Origin: a virus
Lineage: Duplodnaviria; Caudoviricetes
DNA: 59,824 nucleotides
IMG/VR virus record: IMGVR_UViG_3300020385_000016
Coordinates: 1-59,824 of that record
Direction: 5' to 3' (one strand)
Of this stretch, positions 46,665 to 56,637 are shown in pieces. Position 1 is the stretch's first letter; the number at the start of each line of letters is the position of its first letter. The position numbers and the translations under genes were made by a program. The notes below the pieces were generated by a model that searched no databases, was not told the origin of the DNA, and saw only the letters and a program-made list of their open reading frames with translations.

Positions 46665-46750
46665 AGTATTTGTTTCCTTTTTATGTACCTGCCTGTGAAG
46701 GCTTCCGGTACGGTTTATTGTTAATTTGTTGGGTAGGAATTACTAAATAA

Positions 46751-47212
46751 TTAGCTTTTCTTTGTACCACCAAAAGTTACACGGGATTGAGAATCACTGC
46801 TGAAACTCATTCCTGATTGCTTTTCCTTCATAAGATCGTTATTAATTGCTTCATCTTTATCTCTAGTTTGCTTATTGTAATAAGCTTCTATTTGAAGCGC
46901 GATCTCTTCTGGTATCCTTGCGAGCAAAAGGCCTCCTACTTGTATAACTCCTGCGTATTTACCGTCGTTAGACGTTGGATAATCAGAATCCGGATATTCA
47001 TCAGATCTAACTAATTCATATCCTTCTCTTAATGATGCTGCTACATTTTTTGTATCATTGTATCCTAATGTTTCAGCTCTTATCCATCTGTGCCTATAAC
47101 CGTCTGGCGCAGGGGGTGCATCAAGTGATGAGGGTGGAGTCCATACTTTTTTATGAGAAGTTTTTTCTCTAGTTTGACTCGCACGTGAAGTTTTTATTTT
47201 ATCGTTTTCCAT
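46751..47212 (-). CDS. conserved head-module protein
   Basis: WTPPSSLDAPPAPDGYRHRWIR, REGYELV, GGLLLARIP. Confidence 0.75.
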   Translation of the reverse strand: MENDKIKTSRASQTREKTSHKKVWTPPSSLDAPPAPDGYRHRWIRAETLGYNDTKNVAASLREGYELVRSDEYPDSDYPTSNDGKYAGVIQVGGLLLARIPEEIALQIEAYYNKQTRDKDEAINNDLMKEKQSGMSFSSDSQSRVTFGGTKKS

Positions 47213-47216
47213 ATGC

Positions 47217-48167
47217 TTATACTCCTTCCGTGATTTTTAATTGTTTTGCATAATCTTCAAGTGGCACACCTAATCTTTTAGCTATTGCTACCTGTGAAGG
47301 TGTGAGCTTAACAGTTTTTTTGCGACCTTGTGGGGCTGATCGTTTAGCCGAAGCTACATTTTGAGCAGGTTTTGCTCTTTCTGTAGTTGTACCATCTATC
47401 TTATCAAATTTTTGCGGAAATTCAAGTCTTATTCTTTTATCAACTTCTGCATAGTATTCGTCAGATTTAGGATCATATCCTTCTGATTCCACAAGTTTTT
47501 TATGGATATCAAAAGCCGTATAAGTCATAGCTGAATCGTTACCAAACCAACTATTACTAGCTGCCCAATCTTCTGCTTTTTCATCAGTTTGTGGACGTAC
47601 GTTTGGTTGATAAGCTTGTCTTTGAGGTGTGATGTTAACCTTTTTAGGTGCTTCTTCTTCCATAGCTTTAAGTGAAGATAGTCTAATTGCATCAGCATTT
47701 AATCTTGCGATTTGTTCCTGTGCAGCTACTTGACCATCAACATCTCCTGCTTCAATAGATGTTTTTAAAGCTTGTCTTGCAGCAGTCATATTTGTTGTGA
47801 CTCTACTTTCAAACTCTGAAACATAAGATTTATCAAGTTTAGAAAATCTAGTTTCTAAAGCTTCTTTATCTCTTTTTACGGATTCAGCAAATGTCAAAGC
47901 TTCTTCTCTTTGTCTTTCAGCTTCTCTCATTTTACGAGTAAGTTTAGAAATTCTTTTTTGAACTCCATCACTATATTCTTTTAACTCGTCTTTTTTTTCT
48001 TCTGTTTTAGTTTCAACAGGTTGTTCTACCTGTTCAACTTCAACTTTTTCTTCTTGAGGTGCTTCGACTTTTTCCGGTTCACCTTTATCATCTAAATTAA
48101 TTTCTGCGCCAGTTGTTTCGCCAACGTCAATTAATTCGTCAGATGCTTTTTTGTTTTCTTCCTGCAT
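47217..48167 (-). CDS. capsid scaffolding protein
   Basis: acidic N-terminus, long coiled coil, VKLTPSQVAIAKRLGV C-terminus. Confidence 0.7.
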   Translation of the reverse strand: MQEENKKASDELIDVGETTGAEINLDDKGEPEKVEAPQEEKVEVEQVEQPVETKTEEKKDELKEYSDGVQKRISKLTRKMREAERQREEALTFAESVKRDKEALETRFSKLDKSYVSEFESRVTTNMTAARQALKTSIEAGDVDGQVAAQEQIARLNADAIRLSSLKAMEEEAPKKVNITPQRQAYQPNVRPQTDEKAEDWAASNSWFGNDSAMTYTAFDIHKKLVESEGYDPKSDEYYAEVDKRIRLEFPQKFDKIDGTTTERAKPAQNVASAKRSAPQGRKKTVKLTPSQVAIAKRLGVPLEDYAKQLKITEGV

Positions 48168-48181
48168 AGTTCCTTCCTATG

Positions 48182-48658
48182 TTAAATGTAATGAAGAATC
48201 GATTCTGGATCACTTATCGTACCCAAAACTTCATCATCGTTTAGTAGTCGCACTTCTCCGCCTTCAATTGGTAATCTTGAACCCGCATAACGAGCAAAGA
48301 TAACCCAATCTCCTTTTTTGCACCAAGGTTCATTATACTTATCTTTATCCTTGTATGCTAAATCTCCTAGTTCCAAAACATAACCACATGTTGTTGAAAT
48401 TCTAGCTTTGTCTAATTGTTCTTGTGAAAATAAAATACCACCTTTAGTTTTTTCTTTTGGTGTAAAAGGTAAAACTAAAATTCTAAACCCAACAGGTTTA
48501 GGCAATTCTTTAACTGTCTCTCTGATATTATCAGAGTGTAGTCTTTTTGCGTGAGGTTCTTGTTTTGCTTCTTCTTTATACTTTTCTTCTAAAGCATTAA
48601 TGTGTTTCGGAGTTTCCGTCTTTTTTGGTTCCGATGTCGATAACGTTTCCTTGCTCAT
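48182..48658 (-). CDS. groES: GroES-like co-chaperonin
   Basis: PVGFRILV, KTKGGIL, GDWVIFARYAG, LLNDDEVLG. Confidence 0.88.
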   Translation of the reverse strand: MSKETLSTSEPKKTETPKHINALEEKYKEEAKQEPHAKRLHSDNIRETVKELPKPVGFRILVLPFTPKEKTKGGILFSQEQLDKARISTTCGYVLELGDLAYKDKDKYNEPWCKKGDWVIFARYAGSRLPIEGGEVRLLNDDEVLGTISDPESILHYI

Positions 48659-48848
48659 CTTTTTGCTCCTTATGGTTTAGCAGGTTAGAGATTTCCTGTA
48701 GTATTAATCTGTAGGCATGTGCCTGTCCTAACATATACTTGTATTTTTCCATGCTGTCAACATTTCCTGACATCATTGCCGTTGATATATTTTCAAGCGT
48801 GTTTTTCGTAATTTTTTTTAACTTGTCAATTATTAATAGATCGTCCAT
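48597..48848 (-). CDS. hypothetical protein
   Basis: ORF in operon. Confidence 0.7.
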   Translation of the reverse strand: MDDLLIIDKLKKITKNTLENISTAMMSGNVDSMEKYKYMLGQAHAYRLILQEISNLLNHKEQKDEQGNVIDIGTKKDGNSETH

Positions 48849-49051
48849 TATTCTTCTCCTCTGTAAGGTTCTAGTGTTTCTAATTTTTCTTTAGCAGTTG
48901 CTATTTTTTCAAATAGTTTATCCATTTCATCAAGGTGTTGAGGATGTTCTCCAATACCTACTGAATGATCTAGATATATTTCTAATGTTGCTTCTGCTTC
49001 TGCGATTTGTGCTTCGTATCTTTTTACTAATGCTTCAATTAACATTTCCAC
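48848..49051 (-). CDS. hypothetical protein
   Basis: SVGIGEHP motif. Confidence 0.75.
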   Translation of the reverse strand: MEMLIEALVKRYEAQIAEAEATLEIYLDHSVGIGEHPQHLDEMDKLFEKIATAKEKLETLEPYRGEE

Positions 49052-49545
49052 CTTTTTCTAGCCTGACGTAGTCTAGAATTAGGATCTTTCGCTGCATTTG
49101 GGAATTTCTTCATTTGACCTGCGCTTCTTGCACAGTACGACTTACGTCGGTTTGCAGCTTTTGACCCTTTTTTCACTTTACCAGTCACGGCTGTTTTTAG
49201 TTTAGAACCGGGATTTTTTCTTCTATAGGAAGCGACACCGGCTCGAGTCATTCCTGCTCCAGACTTTGTAGGTCTAAAGTTTTTTTTATTTCTTTTAGGC
49301 ATTACATCTCCACCTTTAGCAAATTTAGCTCTTATACCAAATGTTATTCTATTTCCGTCTTTATTTTTTGAAACTTTTACACCACCTGAAATTTTTTCTT
49401 TGTGATAGCTCATATCAAATCCAAAATCTTTTTTAGATTTAGCTGCTCCACCTATTGAAGAATTTTTAGTTGAACGTCTTGCGTGTACATATGGTTTTTT
49501 ATCCGTGTGATCTACTGATACACCCCCATATTTAACAGCTGGCAT
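49039..49545 (-). CDS. basic protein (DUF6321-like C-terminus)
   Basis: GMTRAGVASYRRKNPGSKL...RRKSYCARS...DPNSRLRQARKRWKC. Confidence 0.7.
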   Translation of the reverse strand: MPAVKYGGVSVDHTDKKPYVHARRSTKNSSIGGAAKSKKDFGFDMSYHKEKISGGVKVSKNKDGNRITFGIRAKFAKGGDVMPKRNKKNFRPTKSGAGMTRAGVASYRRKNPGSKLKTAVTGKVKKGSKAANRRKSYCARSAGQMKKFPNAAKDPNSRLRQARKRWKC

Positions 49546-49811
49546 TTTTATTAACTTTTCTTTTTAGGTTTTTTAGCAGTTTTTGCTGCTCTCTTAAAGT
49601 TAGCTGCAGTTGGTGCTCCTTTAGCTCCAGGTTTTCTCATCTTCTCCCCTGATCCTGCTGCGATTCTTTTTTTCTTCGCGTGTATGTTCGCGTATAGTCC
49701 ACGTTTTGCCATTATTTTTTTCCTTTTCTTTTTAGTTTTAGTTTTCTCTTATACTCTTGTGTTTTTTTTAAACCTAATGTTGGTTTAACTTTTTTGATTG
49801 CTCTCATTAAT

Positions 49812-50225
49812 CTATTTCTTTTTAAGTTCCCTAACTATTCTTTTTTTTTCTTGTTTAAGATTTCTTTTACCTTTTGAAGTTTTTGCTTTTTCAGCATCAA
49901 CTCTACCAAGTTCTTCAAGTCTGTTCATTCTTTTAGTATTAACATGACCTCCTTTTTTCATAAAGCCCATTTTGTTTCTGACTTTAGTAGGTAATTTAGA
50001 TAAACCTTTTTTACCAGCTGGTACAGGTTTTAAAACTTTACCACCTTTTTTCATAGCGCCTCTGTCCATAAGTTCAGTAGGTACTCTTTTAGATCTCATG
50101 TTTACACCTTGTCCACGTGAATACATCATTTCTCCAGATCTGCCGCCCATGCCACCGCCAGCTTTTTTTACTCTGTCTGTTCCTCTAGGTTGAGCAACTT
50201 GTGTGTTATATCTTCTATTTGCCAT
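49812..50225 (-). CDS. highly basic protein with KKGG repeats
   Basis: MKKGGKV, MKKGGHV. Confidence 0.65.
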   Translation of the reverse strand: MANRRYNTQVAQPRGTDRVKKAGGGMGGRSGEMMYSRGQGVNMRSKRVPTELMDRGAMKKGGKVLKPVPAGKKGLSKLPTKVRNKMGFMKKGGHVNTKRMNRLEELGRVDAEKAKTSKGKRNLKQEKKRIVRELKKK

Positions 50226-50608
50226 TATTTTTTTCCTCCTTTAAATATTTGAGTTCCCTTTATACCAAAAATACTTGCAACTACAAGTATCCATAAATTA
50301 GTGAACCATTTTGGCAGGTTACTAAAATGTTCAAAGAAAGTATTTACCTTGTCCATTGCAGTAGGGTCGTCCGATATCACTGCCCATGCCAGTACAATAA
50401 TCGGTGCGCTCAATATTCCGAGCACGAATTCGTCTTTATAATCGTTTTGTCTCGCTTCTAAAAGTTTACCTTGGTAAGCTTCTTCACCACGAGCTTGTTT
50501 TTCTGCATGCAACAATTGTGCATCAGACATTGCTACTTTTGCCTTCTGTCGGTTTGCGTAAATTTTACTTCCCGCAGAAACGGCTAATTTAATTGCCGAG
50601 AACCACAT
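50225..50608 (-). CDS. holin-like membrane protein
   Basis: two TM segments, KDEF motif, ASIFGIKG. Confidence 0.55.
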   Translation of the reverse strand: MWFSAIKLAVSAGSKIYANRQKAKVAMSDAQLLHAEKQARGEEAYQGKLLEARQNDYKDEFVLGILSAPIIVLAWAVISDDPTAMDKVNTFFEHFSNLPKWFTNLWILVVASIFGIKGTQIFKGGKK

Positions 50609-50609
50609 A

Positions 50610-50813
50610 TTAGTACCAAGTAGCTTTTACTGGTTTTTTATCAGCTCTCATTCTTCTTGTTCCTTTAACATCTACTGTTTGTGATGTTGATGGATCAGTA
50701 GCTTCGATAGTAACACCACCTGTTTGGTAACCATCTTTGCCAACGCCAAGTTCTTTTTCGATCTTAACGTCTTTGTTCATGAATGTTGAACCTCTTTGCC
50801 AATCTTTACTCAT
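50610..50813 (-). CDS. hypothetical protein
   Basis: ORF after the portal gene. Confidence 0.7.
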   Translation of the reverse strand: MSKDWQRGSTFMNKDVKIEKELGVGKDGYQTGGVTIEATDPSTSQTVDVKGTRRMRADKKPVKATWY

Positions 50814-50838
50814 ATTTATCTCCTTGTATTAATTATAT

Positions 50839-53319
50839 CTATTTTTTTCCGAAATTTCTACCAAAATCGTGAATTTTACTCTTGTCTGCCATGCCTTGTT
50901 TAGCTAATGACACACTTGCTCTTAATTTTGCTAGTTTTTCATTTTGAACAAGCTTATCTTCTTGATTTTCTTGGTTCATAAGTGCTTTTGCAGTGTCTAA
51001 ATCAATTCTCTCTTGATCATCTTTAGATTTTCGCTCATTTTCTTTAGCTCTTAAGTCAACTTCTCTTGCTTTTAACTTAATTAATGGATCACCACTATAC
51101 TCACCCATAATTTTTTGTTCTTCATCCATATATTCTTTAGTCATTTCAGCAATCAATTGTGCTTTTCTTGCATTAATCTTATTTGTTAGTGCTTGAGCTT
51201 GCGCAATCAACTGTGGGTTCTGTGGATTTTGTTGTAACATCATTTGCATTTGTTGTGCTTGCATTAATTCTTGAGAAAATTCTAATTGAATCTGTTCTTG
51301 AGCCATTAAACTAATTCTCTCTAGAATATTTTTTTGTAATGCAGCCATAACAGATGGTGAATTTTGTACCATATTAGATTGCATAAAATTTAAGTGTGAA
51401 TCAATGTGTGCTTTGTGATCTTGACCTGGAAAAGCTTGAAAAGGTTTCATACCCATTGCAGCAATTTCTTCAAGTGAAGGATCAATAGGAGTTGGTTGTG
51501 CTGGTGGTGGTAAAATTGCATTTACATTTTTAACACCAAGCGCATCATACATAGATCTGTACGCTTGATATAGATCATGTATTTGTGGATTAGTTTGAGC
51601 TAATTGTAATTGTGTTTGAGCTAAACTAATTCTTTGAGTTTGTGAAAATATGTTTGGATCAGCAACTGGAATAATATCTATTCTATCATCAAAGTCCTGA
51701 ACTTTAATATTTCTTGTAGCTCCAACAACATCGTATGGATATACAGCTGGTAAATAAGTTTTAAAAACTTCTGCTAATAATTTGAATTCTTGTTTTAGAC
51801 CAACGTATAATCTTTTATGAATCGCTGACATTACACGTGAACCACGTTCTAATAATGCAACAGTTGTACCCACGGCAGCTTGTTGGTTCATATCGCCTAC
51901 TTGTGAGTCTGCGATAGACGCGAAGCGTTGGCCTGCTTGAACAACTATACCCATTAATGAAAGTAATGTTTGATCTGGTCCTTTAAATGGTAATTGCATA
52001 AACTGATCTCTAATGTTTCCACCAGGTGCATCAACATCTCTAAACTCTCCAGGTTGTAATGGTTGTGCATCATCTCTAATTCTTAATCCTCTAGTTTTAA
52101 AACCAGCTGGTAAGTTAGCTAATGTACCTGCATCTAATAATTGTCTTAAAGCTGCAGTTGCAGTTCTAGTTAAACCACCAATCATGTGAATTAAACCAAA
52201 ACCATAAAAACCAGTTCCAGGTAAAAATTTAAATTGTACAAAGTAATCTATTTTCTTTTTCATTGGATCTGTCGCTTGATAGTTTCTTCTAATGGATAAA
52301 ACAGTTTGATTGTTTTCTGCAAACGTTACAATGTAAGGTAATTTAATTCCTGTAGGTTCACCTTCTTGATTAACATCTTCATAACCTTCTAGATCTAAAT
52401 TAGTGTGCATTTCAAAAAGTGTATACTGATCTTCTTGACCATCTTTTGTAATACCTTCTAACTCTAATTTTTTATCTGATAATTCATTTGATGTTACAGG
52501 AGGTTCTCCTAATTCTACGTCTCTATAAAAACCTGCAACTTGTTGTTTTCTTAATTCGTTAGCAGAAATTTTAATGACATGTACAATAGCATCTGTGTCA
52601 TCTAATGATGTTGCTGAATAAGGTACAATTAAATCTTCTGCAGGTACAAATTTAGATACGGCTCTACCTAAAAGATCGTCATAATAAACTTTCTTAAAAG
52701 TAGAACCGGACAGGGGTAGATAGAAAAGCATTTGATCAAACTCTGGTTCATATTCTTTCATCTTATCCATAAGTTGATAATTCATAAAATTTTTAACACG
52801 TTTAGATTGTTCTTCTTTTTCAACATTGATAGCACCTAAAATTTGTGTTCTTACTGGACCATCACTTGGTAATAATTCTTTATAAGCTGTTGCTTGAAAT
52901 TGTGTAACCGCTTCAGCTAGTACAGGGTGATTAACACCTGATGCACCTTTGAAGGGTTCTGTTCTTCTCTCGTATTTGAAACCTAATAATTCTAAACCTT
53001 CTCTATAAGATTGTTCCCAATCTGCTCTTGATTCTTTGTACTCTGTGTATTGATCAAAAAGAGTTGAACCTAAAGATTCTAACTCACCATCAGACATGTC
53101 TTCTGCTAAATTTGCAAAGTGACCATCTGTGCTTCTATCTGTACTAGTTGTAGGATCAAAAGTAACTTCTGCTCCTCCTGTTTCATCCATAACAACTTCA
53201 CTTGTGTCTGTTGTAATAACTTCTTCTGAACCGGGAACGGCTACTTCTTTTTCTTGAAACTCTGTATCTTTAACTTCTTCAACTGTGTTGGGCAATGACT
53301 TATCTATACTATCTACCAT
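50839..53319 (-). CDS. portal protein
   Basis: SRADWE, HPVLAEAVTQFQA, GSTFKKVY, FYGFGLIH, AIHKRL; follows TerL. Confidence 0.88.
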   Translation of the reverse strand: MVDSIDKSLPNTVEEVKDTEFQEKEVAVPGSEEVITTDTSEVVMDETGGAEVTFDPTTSTDRSTDGHFANLAEDMSDGELESLGSTLFDQYTEYKESRADWEQSYREGLELLGFKYERRTEPFKGASGVNHPVLAEAVTQFQATAYKELLPSDGPVRTQILGAINVEKEEQSKRVKNFMNYQLMDKMKEYEPEFDQMLFYLPLSGSTFKKVYYDDLLGRAVSKFVPAEDLIVPYSATSLDDTDAIVHVIKISANELRKQQVAGFYRDVELGEPPVTSNELSDKKLELEGITKDGQEDQYTLFEMHTNLDLEGYEDVNQEGEPTGIKLPYIVTFAENNQTVLSIRRNYQATDPMKKKIDYFVQFKFLPGTGFYGFGLIHMIGGLTRTATAALRQLLDAGTLANLPAGFKTRGLRIRDDAQPLQPGEFRDVDAPGGNIRDQFMQLPFKGPDQTLLSLMGIVVQAGQRFASIADSQVGDMNQQAAVGTTVALLERGSRVMSAIHKRLYVGLKQEFKLLAEVFKTYLPAVYPYDVVGATRNIKVQDFDDRIDIIPVADPNIFSQTQRISLAQTQLQLAQTNPQIHDLYQAYRSMYDALGVKNVNAILPPPAQPTPIDPSLEEIAAMGMKPFQAFPGQDHKAHIDSHLNFMQSNMVQNSPSVMAALQKNILERISLMAQEQIQLEFSQELMQAQQMQMMLQQNPQNPQLIAQAQALTNKINARKAQLIAEMTKEYMDEEQKIMGEYSGDPLIKLKAREVDLRAKENERKSKDDQERIDLDTAKALMNQENQEDKLVQNEKLAKLRASVSLAKQGMADKSKIHDFGRNFGKK

Positions 53320-53335
53320 ATCTCTTTCCTGTTAA

Positions 53336-55357
53336 TTAATTTACACCTTTGACGGCAACTATACCCTCATTGGGTTTGGAAGTAAAGTCCTCTTCCTCCA
53401 TCATTTCAAAACCTTCCGGCATAATTTGTGGTAAGCCAGCCATATATTCTTTTCTAAATTCTGGCTCTTGTCGTATTCTTCTTCCTGTAGTGGCTACTTC
53501 AGGATCAGCAGTTACATATGCACCTAATAAATCAAATGGATTTCTCTCACCGGCTTGAGTTGCACTAGTAACAGCTGTAAGACCTGTTACTATTCCAAGT
53601 GGTTTAATTACTTTACCAGCTCCTTTAGCCAACATTCCTAATGACCTTAAAACTGCTCGTTTGTTTGGTACAAAACCTTCAGTTCCTCTTTTAACTTTTA
53701 CAGTTTCAGAACCAACAGTTCTATTTACTGTTTTAATTGGGGCTCTAGTGTTTGCATCATCAAAGTACTTATTAATAATTTTTTTTGAATTTCTATCTGA
53801 TATTTTTAGTAAACCTTCTTGTTTTGCAATTTTAACGATTTGATCTGCATAGTTTCTTTTTATTTGAAAGTCTTCAACTCCTCCTAATTCTACTTGTGAA
53901 AGAGGTTTACCTACGTCCATTAAAGTTCTTGCTTTACCTGAAGTTATTCTAAAAGGTTCTGCTGTTGCAGGATTAATAAAAATAGGATTTAATTTTGCTG
54001 CAATCACAGGATTAGTTTTTTTAAATAAGTTATCTATTTTATCATTATTATTTTGTATGAGGTTAGATAAATTTTTAGAAGTCCCTTCTCTACTTGCTCT
54101 GTTATATAATCTTTTTTGTTCGGCATACAAAGGTTTTAATTTTGCTTCTAAAGTTTTTACGCCAAATTGATATCTACTTACCCCTCTTCTGTTAGCTTCT
54201 GTAAACTCTAAACCTAAATCTTCAGATAAAATTTCTTGTTTACCTAATCTAGATAACAATCCAATGTCTGATCTATGAGAAAGATCTAGGGGCATAAAGG
54301 AGGACTTTTGACCTACCACTTCTTTAATTCCTAACAGTCTTCCTATTTCTGTTTTAAATTTACCAAGACTATTTTCATAATTCTTTGACCCCAACTTGGT
54401 TAATTTTTTATCTCTTCTTATTCTTTTTTGTGCGTCAGCTTCCGGTGTTGTTTTTTTAGGACCTCTTTCTTTTCTTTGTGATTCAGAAAGTTCACCAGAC
54501 TTTTTAGGTTCCAGTCTACCTTCTTCAAATATCTTTGCTGCTAAATGTCCAAATTTAGCATCAGCAGTTTTAAGTTTATCATTAGGAAATAATTTTTTAG
54601 CTAATTCTAATCTACCTAATTTTCTATAGTCTTTTATAAGTTTTTGTTTTAATTTTTCATCATATAAATAAGTTTGAGGTTGAAAGTCTGACACTTTTTT
54701 ACCTATTTTTTTTAAAGCACGTGGAACAGCACCAAAAGGAATCTTTACTGCTTTAGCAACTTCTGCTTGAGTCTTTCCTGCTTTGAGAAGTTTTTTAATT
54801 TCTGGAAGTTCTTTTTTGTAAGAAACTTCTTGTCCTTTAAATTTTTTCTTTCTAATTTTTTCCATAGCTGCTTTTGCTTCAGCCTCTGATTTATAATATT
54901 TACTAACTAATTTTTTTGTGCCGTCTTTTTGCACAACAGGCATTCTATATTTCCATGGTTTACCTGGTGGGTGTTTTTTTGCTTTTAATACAGAAGGGTT
55001 TAAAGTTTCTCCTCCTTTTTTAGAACCAAAACCAAATTTATCTCTGTATTCTTTTTCAAACTCTTTTACTTTTTTACGAGCTTCTTTTAATCCAGTTTCT
55101 GTAAAAGGTTGAGCACTTTTTCTGTTAAAACCTTCTCTAGAAAAATCTGCTAAATATCTTTTTTCTCCACCTTTAGTATCATATGTTTTTACATATTTAT
55201 TTCCTTCACCATCTAAATTTTTTAAATTAAATTTTTCACCACCATAACTTCCTGGTTCATCAACAAAGCCACGTTTCGGTGTTGTAACAACCCCACCAAC
55301 TTTATAACCCGGTCTTAATCGCGTAAGTATATCTGTGAATAGAGTTTCGTCGGCCAT
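53336..55357 (-). CDS. basic multidomain protein (AP2-like, HTH and HNH-like segments)
   Basis: WKYRMP..KYYKSEAEAKA; LLKAGKTQAEVAKAVKIPFGAV; LDLSH...EDLGL...ANR. Confidence 0.55.
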   Translation of the reverse strand: MADETLFTDILTRLRPGYKVGGVVTTPKRGFVDEPGSYGGEKFNLKNLDGEGNKYVKTYDTKGGEKRYLADFSREGFNRKSAQPFTETGLKEARKKVKEFEKEYRDKFGFGSKKGGETLNPSVLKAKKHPPGKPWKYRMPVVQKDGTKKLVSKYYKSEAEAKAAMEKIRKKKFKGQEVSYKKELPEIKKLLKAGKTQAEVAKAVKIPFGAVPRALKKIGKKVSDFQPQTYLYDEKLKQKLIKDYRKLGRLELAKKLFPNDKLKTADAKFGHLAAKIFEEGRLEPKKSGELSESQRKERGPKKTTPEADAQKRIRRDKKLTKLGSKNYENSLGKFKTEIGRLLGIKEVVGQKSSFMPLDLSHRSDIGLLSRLGKQEILSEDLGLEFTEANRRGVSRYQFGVKTLEAKLKPLYAEQKRLYNRASREGTSKNLSNLIQNNNDKIDNLFKKTNPVIAAKLNPIFINPATAEPFRITSGKARTLMDVGKPLSQVELGGVEDFQIKRNYADQIVKIAKQEGLLKISDRNSKKIINKYFDDANTRAPIKTVNRTVGSETVKVKRGTEGFVPNKRAVLRSLGMLAKGAGKVIKPLGIVTGLTAVTSATQAGERNPFDLLGAYVTADPEVATTGRRIRQEPEFRKEYMAGLPQIMPEGFEMMEEEDFTSKPNEGIVAVKGVN

Positions 55358-56637
55358 TATCTTAATACATCAGCATCGTAATTACTTAATCCAGCTGGTG
55401 TACTAAAATCTTGACTTATTGTACTTCCATCTTGATTTGTAAATGCTGGTCCACTGTATGTTAATCTATCTCTTTGAGCTTGTAATTTAGCTAACTCTTT
55501 AGCAGCTTGTTTGTCTTTTATTGCTTGTATAATATCTAAAGCTTTTTCTTTTCCTTTACTTAAAGCTGCTTTAGCTGCATTAAATTGAAACATTGGATTA
55601 AGAGGATTATATTTAATAGCTGGATTATTAAGTACATCCATTATTCCAAATTTATTTTCTTCTTCTTCAACAGGTACACCTCTTTGTAAATTTAATTTAG
55701 CCATAGACTCTCTAAAAGTTAAATCCTCTTTAGGTGCTCTTGGTTGTATAGTTGTTATACCACCACTATCACCACTAGATTGTGGAATAGGTATAATAGG
55801 TTTAATTGGATTGATCGGAGCAATAGTTGAAGTTGTTGATTGAGTAGCTGTATTAGTTTGTGGTGTTGTCGTTGTTGTTTGTTGTGCAAATAAATCTAGG
55901 TAATCTTGTTTGTTAGGATATTGGGATTGAAGCGTAGGATTGTTATCGTAAGTATCGCTTATATTAGTCATACCTCCTGTTGCTAATTCCATAATGCCAC
56001 CATCTTTCATTAAAGGCATTCCTAAAAGATTATAAACTTCTAGTAATCCACTTAAACCTAACTCTGCTCCAACAACAGCAGGGCCTCCAAGAAAATCTAC
56101 AACTTTACTTCCAAAAGGTTTTTTTACTTTTCCACCACCAGCCATTCCATCAGGATCACCATCATAGTCTTTTAATTTTTCACCTAAAGATTTTTCTGGT
56201 TTATTCATTTTTTCTTGTAATCTTTTTGCAGCAGCTTTGTTTTCTGCCATAATTCTTTTTATATTTTCTTCTTGTGTAAGTTTAGGATCAACAGTAGGTT
56301 TTCTTTTTGTAGTTTTAGGAGCTTGTCCTATTTTAACATCTTTACCTTTACCTTTATCCATTAACATTTTTAAAATATTGTCAGGTGTCATCGTAGTTGT
56401 TTTACCTTTTACCGTTACAGGTATGCCTGTTTTCTTCATCATTATTTCTGTTTCTGTAGGTCTTGGTTTGAATGGATTTGTAATTCTCTCTTTTGGAAAC
56501 TCTATAACTTTTTTAGCGTCAATAACTTTCTGTCTTGCTTTTTGTTTAATTTTAAGAAGATCAAGTCCTTCGGGCATAATACCTTTAGCCGATTTGTAAG
56601 CTGCTACTAATAGTTTGTATGCGGTTTGATATGTCAT
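55357..56637 (-). CDS. modular protein with xxGGx motifs
   Basis: MAGGGKV, MKDGGIM, LATGGMT separate compositionally distinct segments. Confidence 0.65.
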   Translation of the reverse strand: MTYQTAYKLLVAAYKSAKGIMPEGLDLLKIKQKARQKVIDAKKVIEFPKERITNPFKPRPTETEIMMKKTGIPVTVKGKTTTMTPDNILKMLMDKGKGKDVKIGQAPKTTKRKPTVDPKLTQEENIKRIMAENKAAAKRLQEKMNKPEKSLGEKLKDYDGDPDGMAGGGKVKKPFGSKVVDFLGGPAVVGAELGLSGLLEVYNLLGMPLMKDGGIMELATGGMTNISDTYDNNPTLQSQYPNKQDYLDLFAQQTTTTTPQTNTATQSTTSTIAPINPIKPIIPIPQSSGDSGGITTIQPRAPKEDLTFRESMAKLNLQRGVPVEEEENKFGIMDVLNNPAIKYNPLNPMFQFNAAKAALSKGKEKALDIIQAIKDKQAAKELAKLQAQRDRLTYSGPAFTNQDGSTISQDFSTPAGLSNYDADVLR

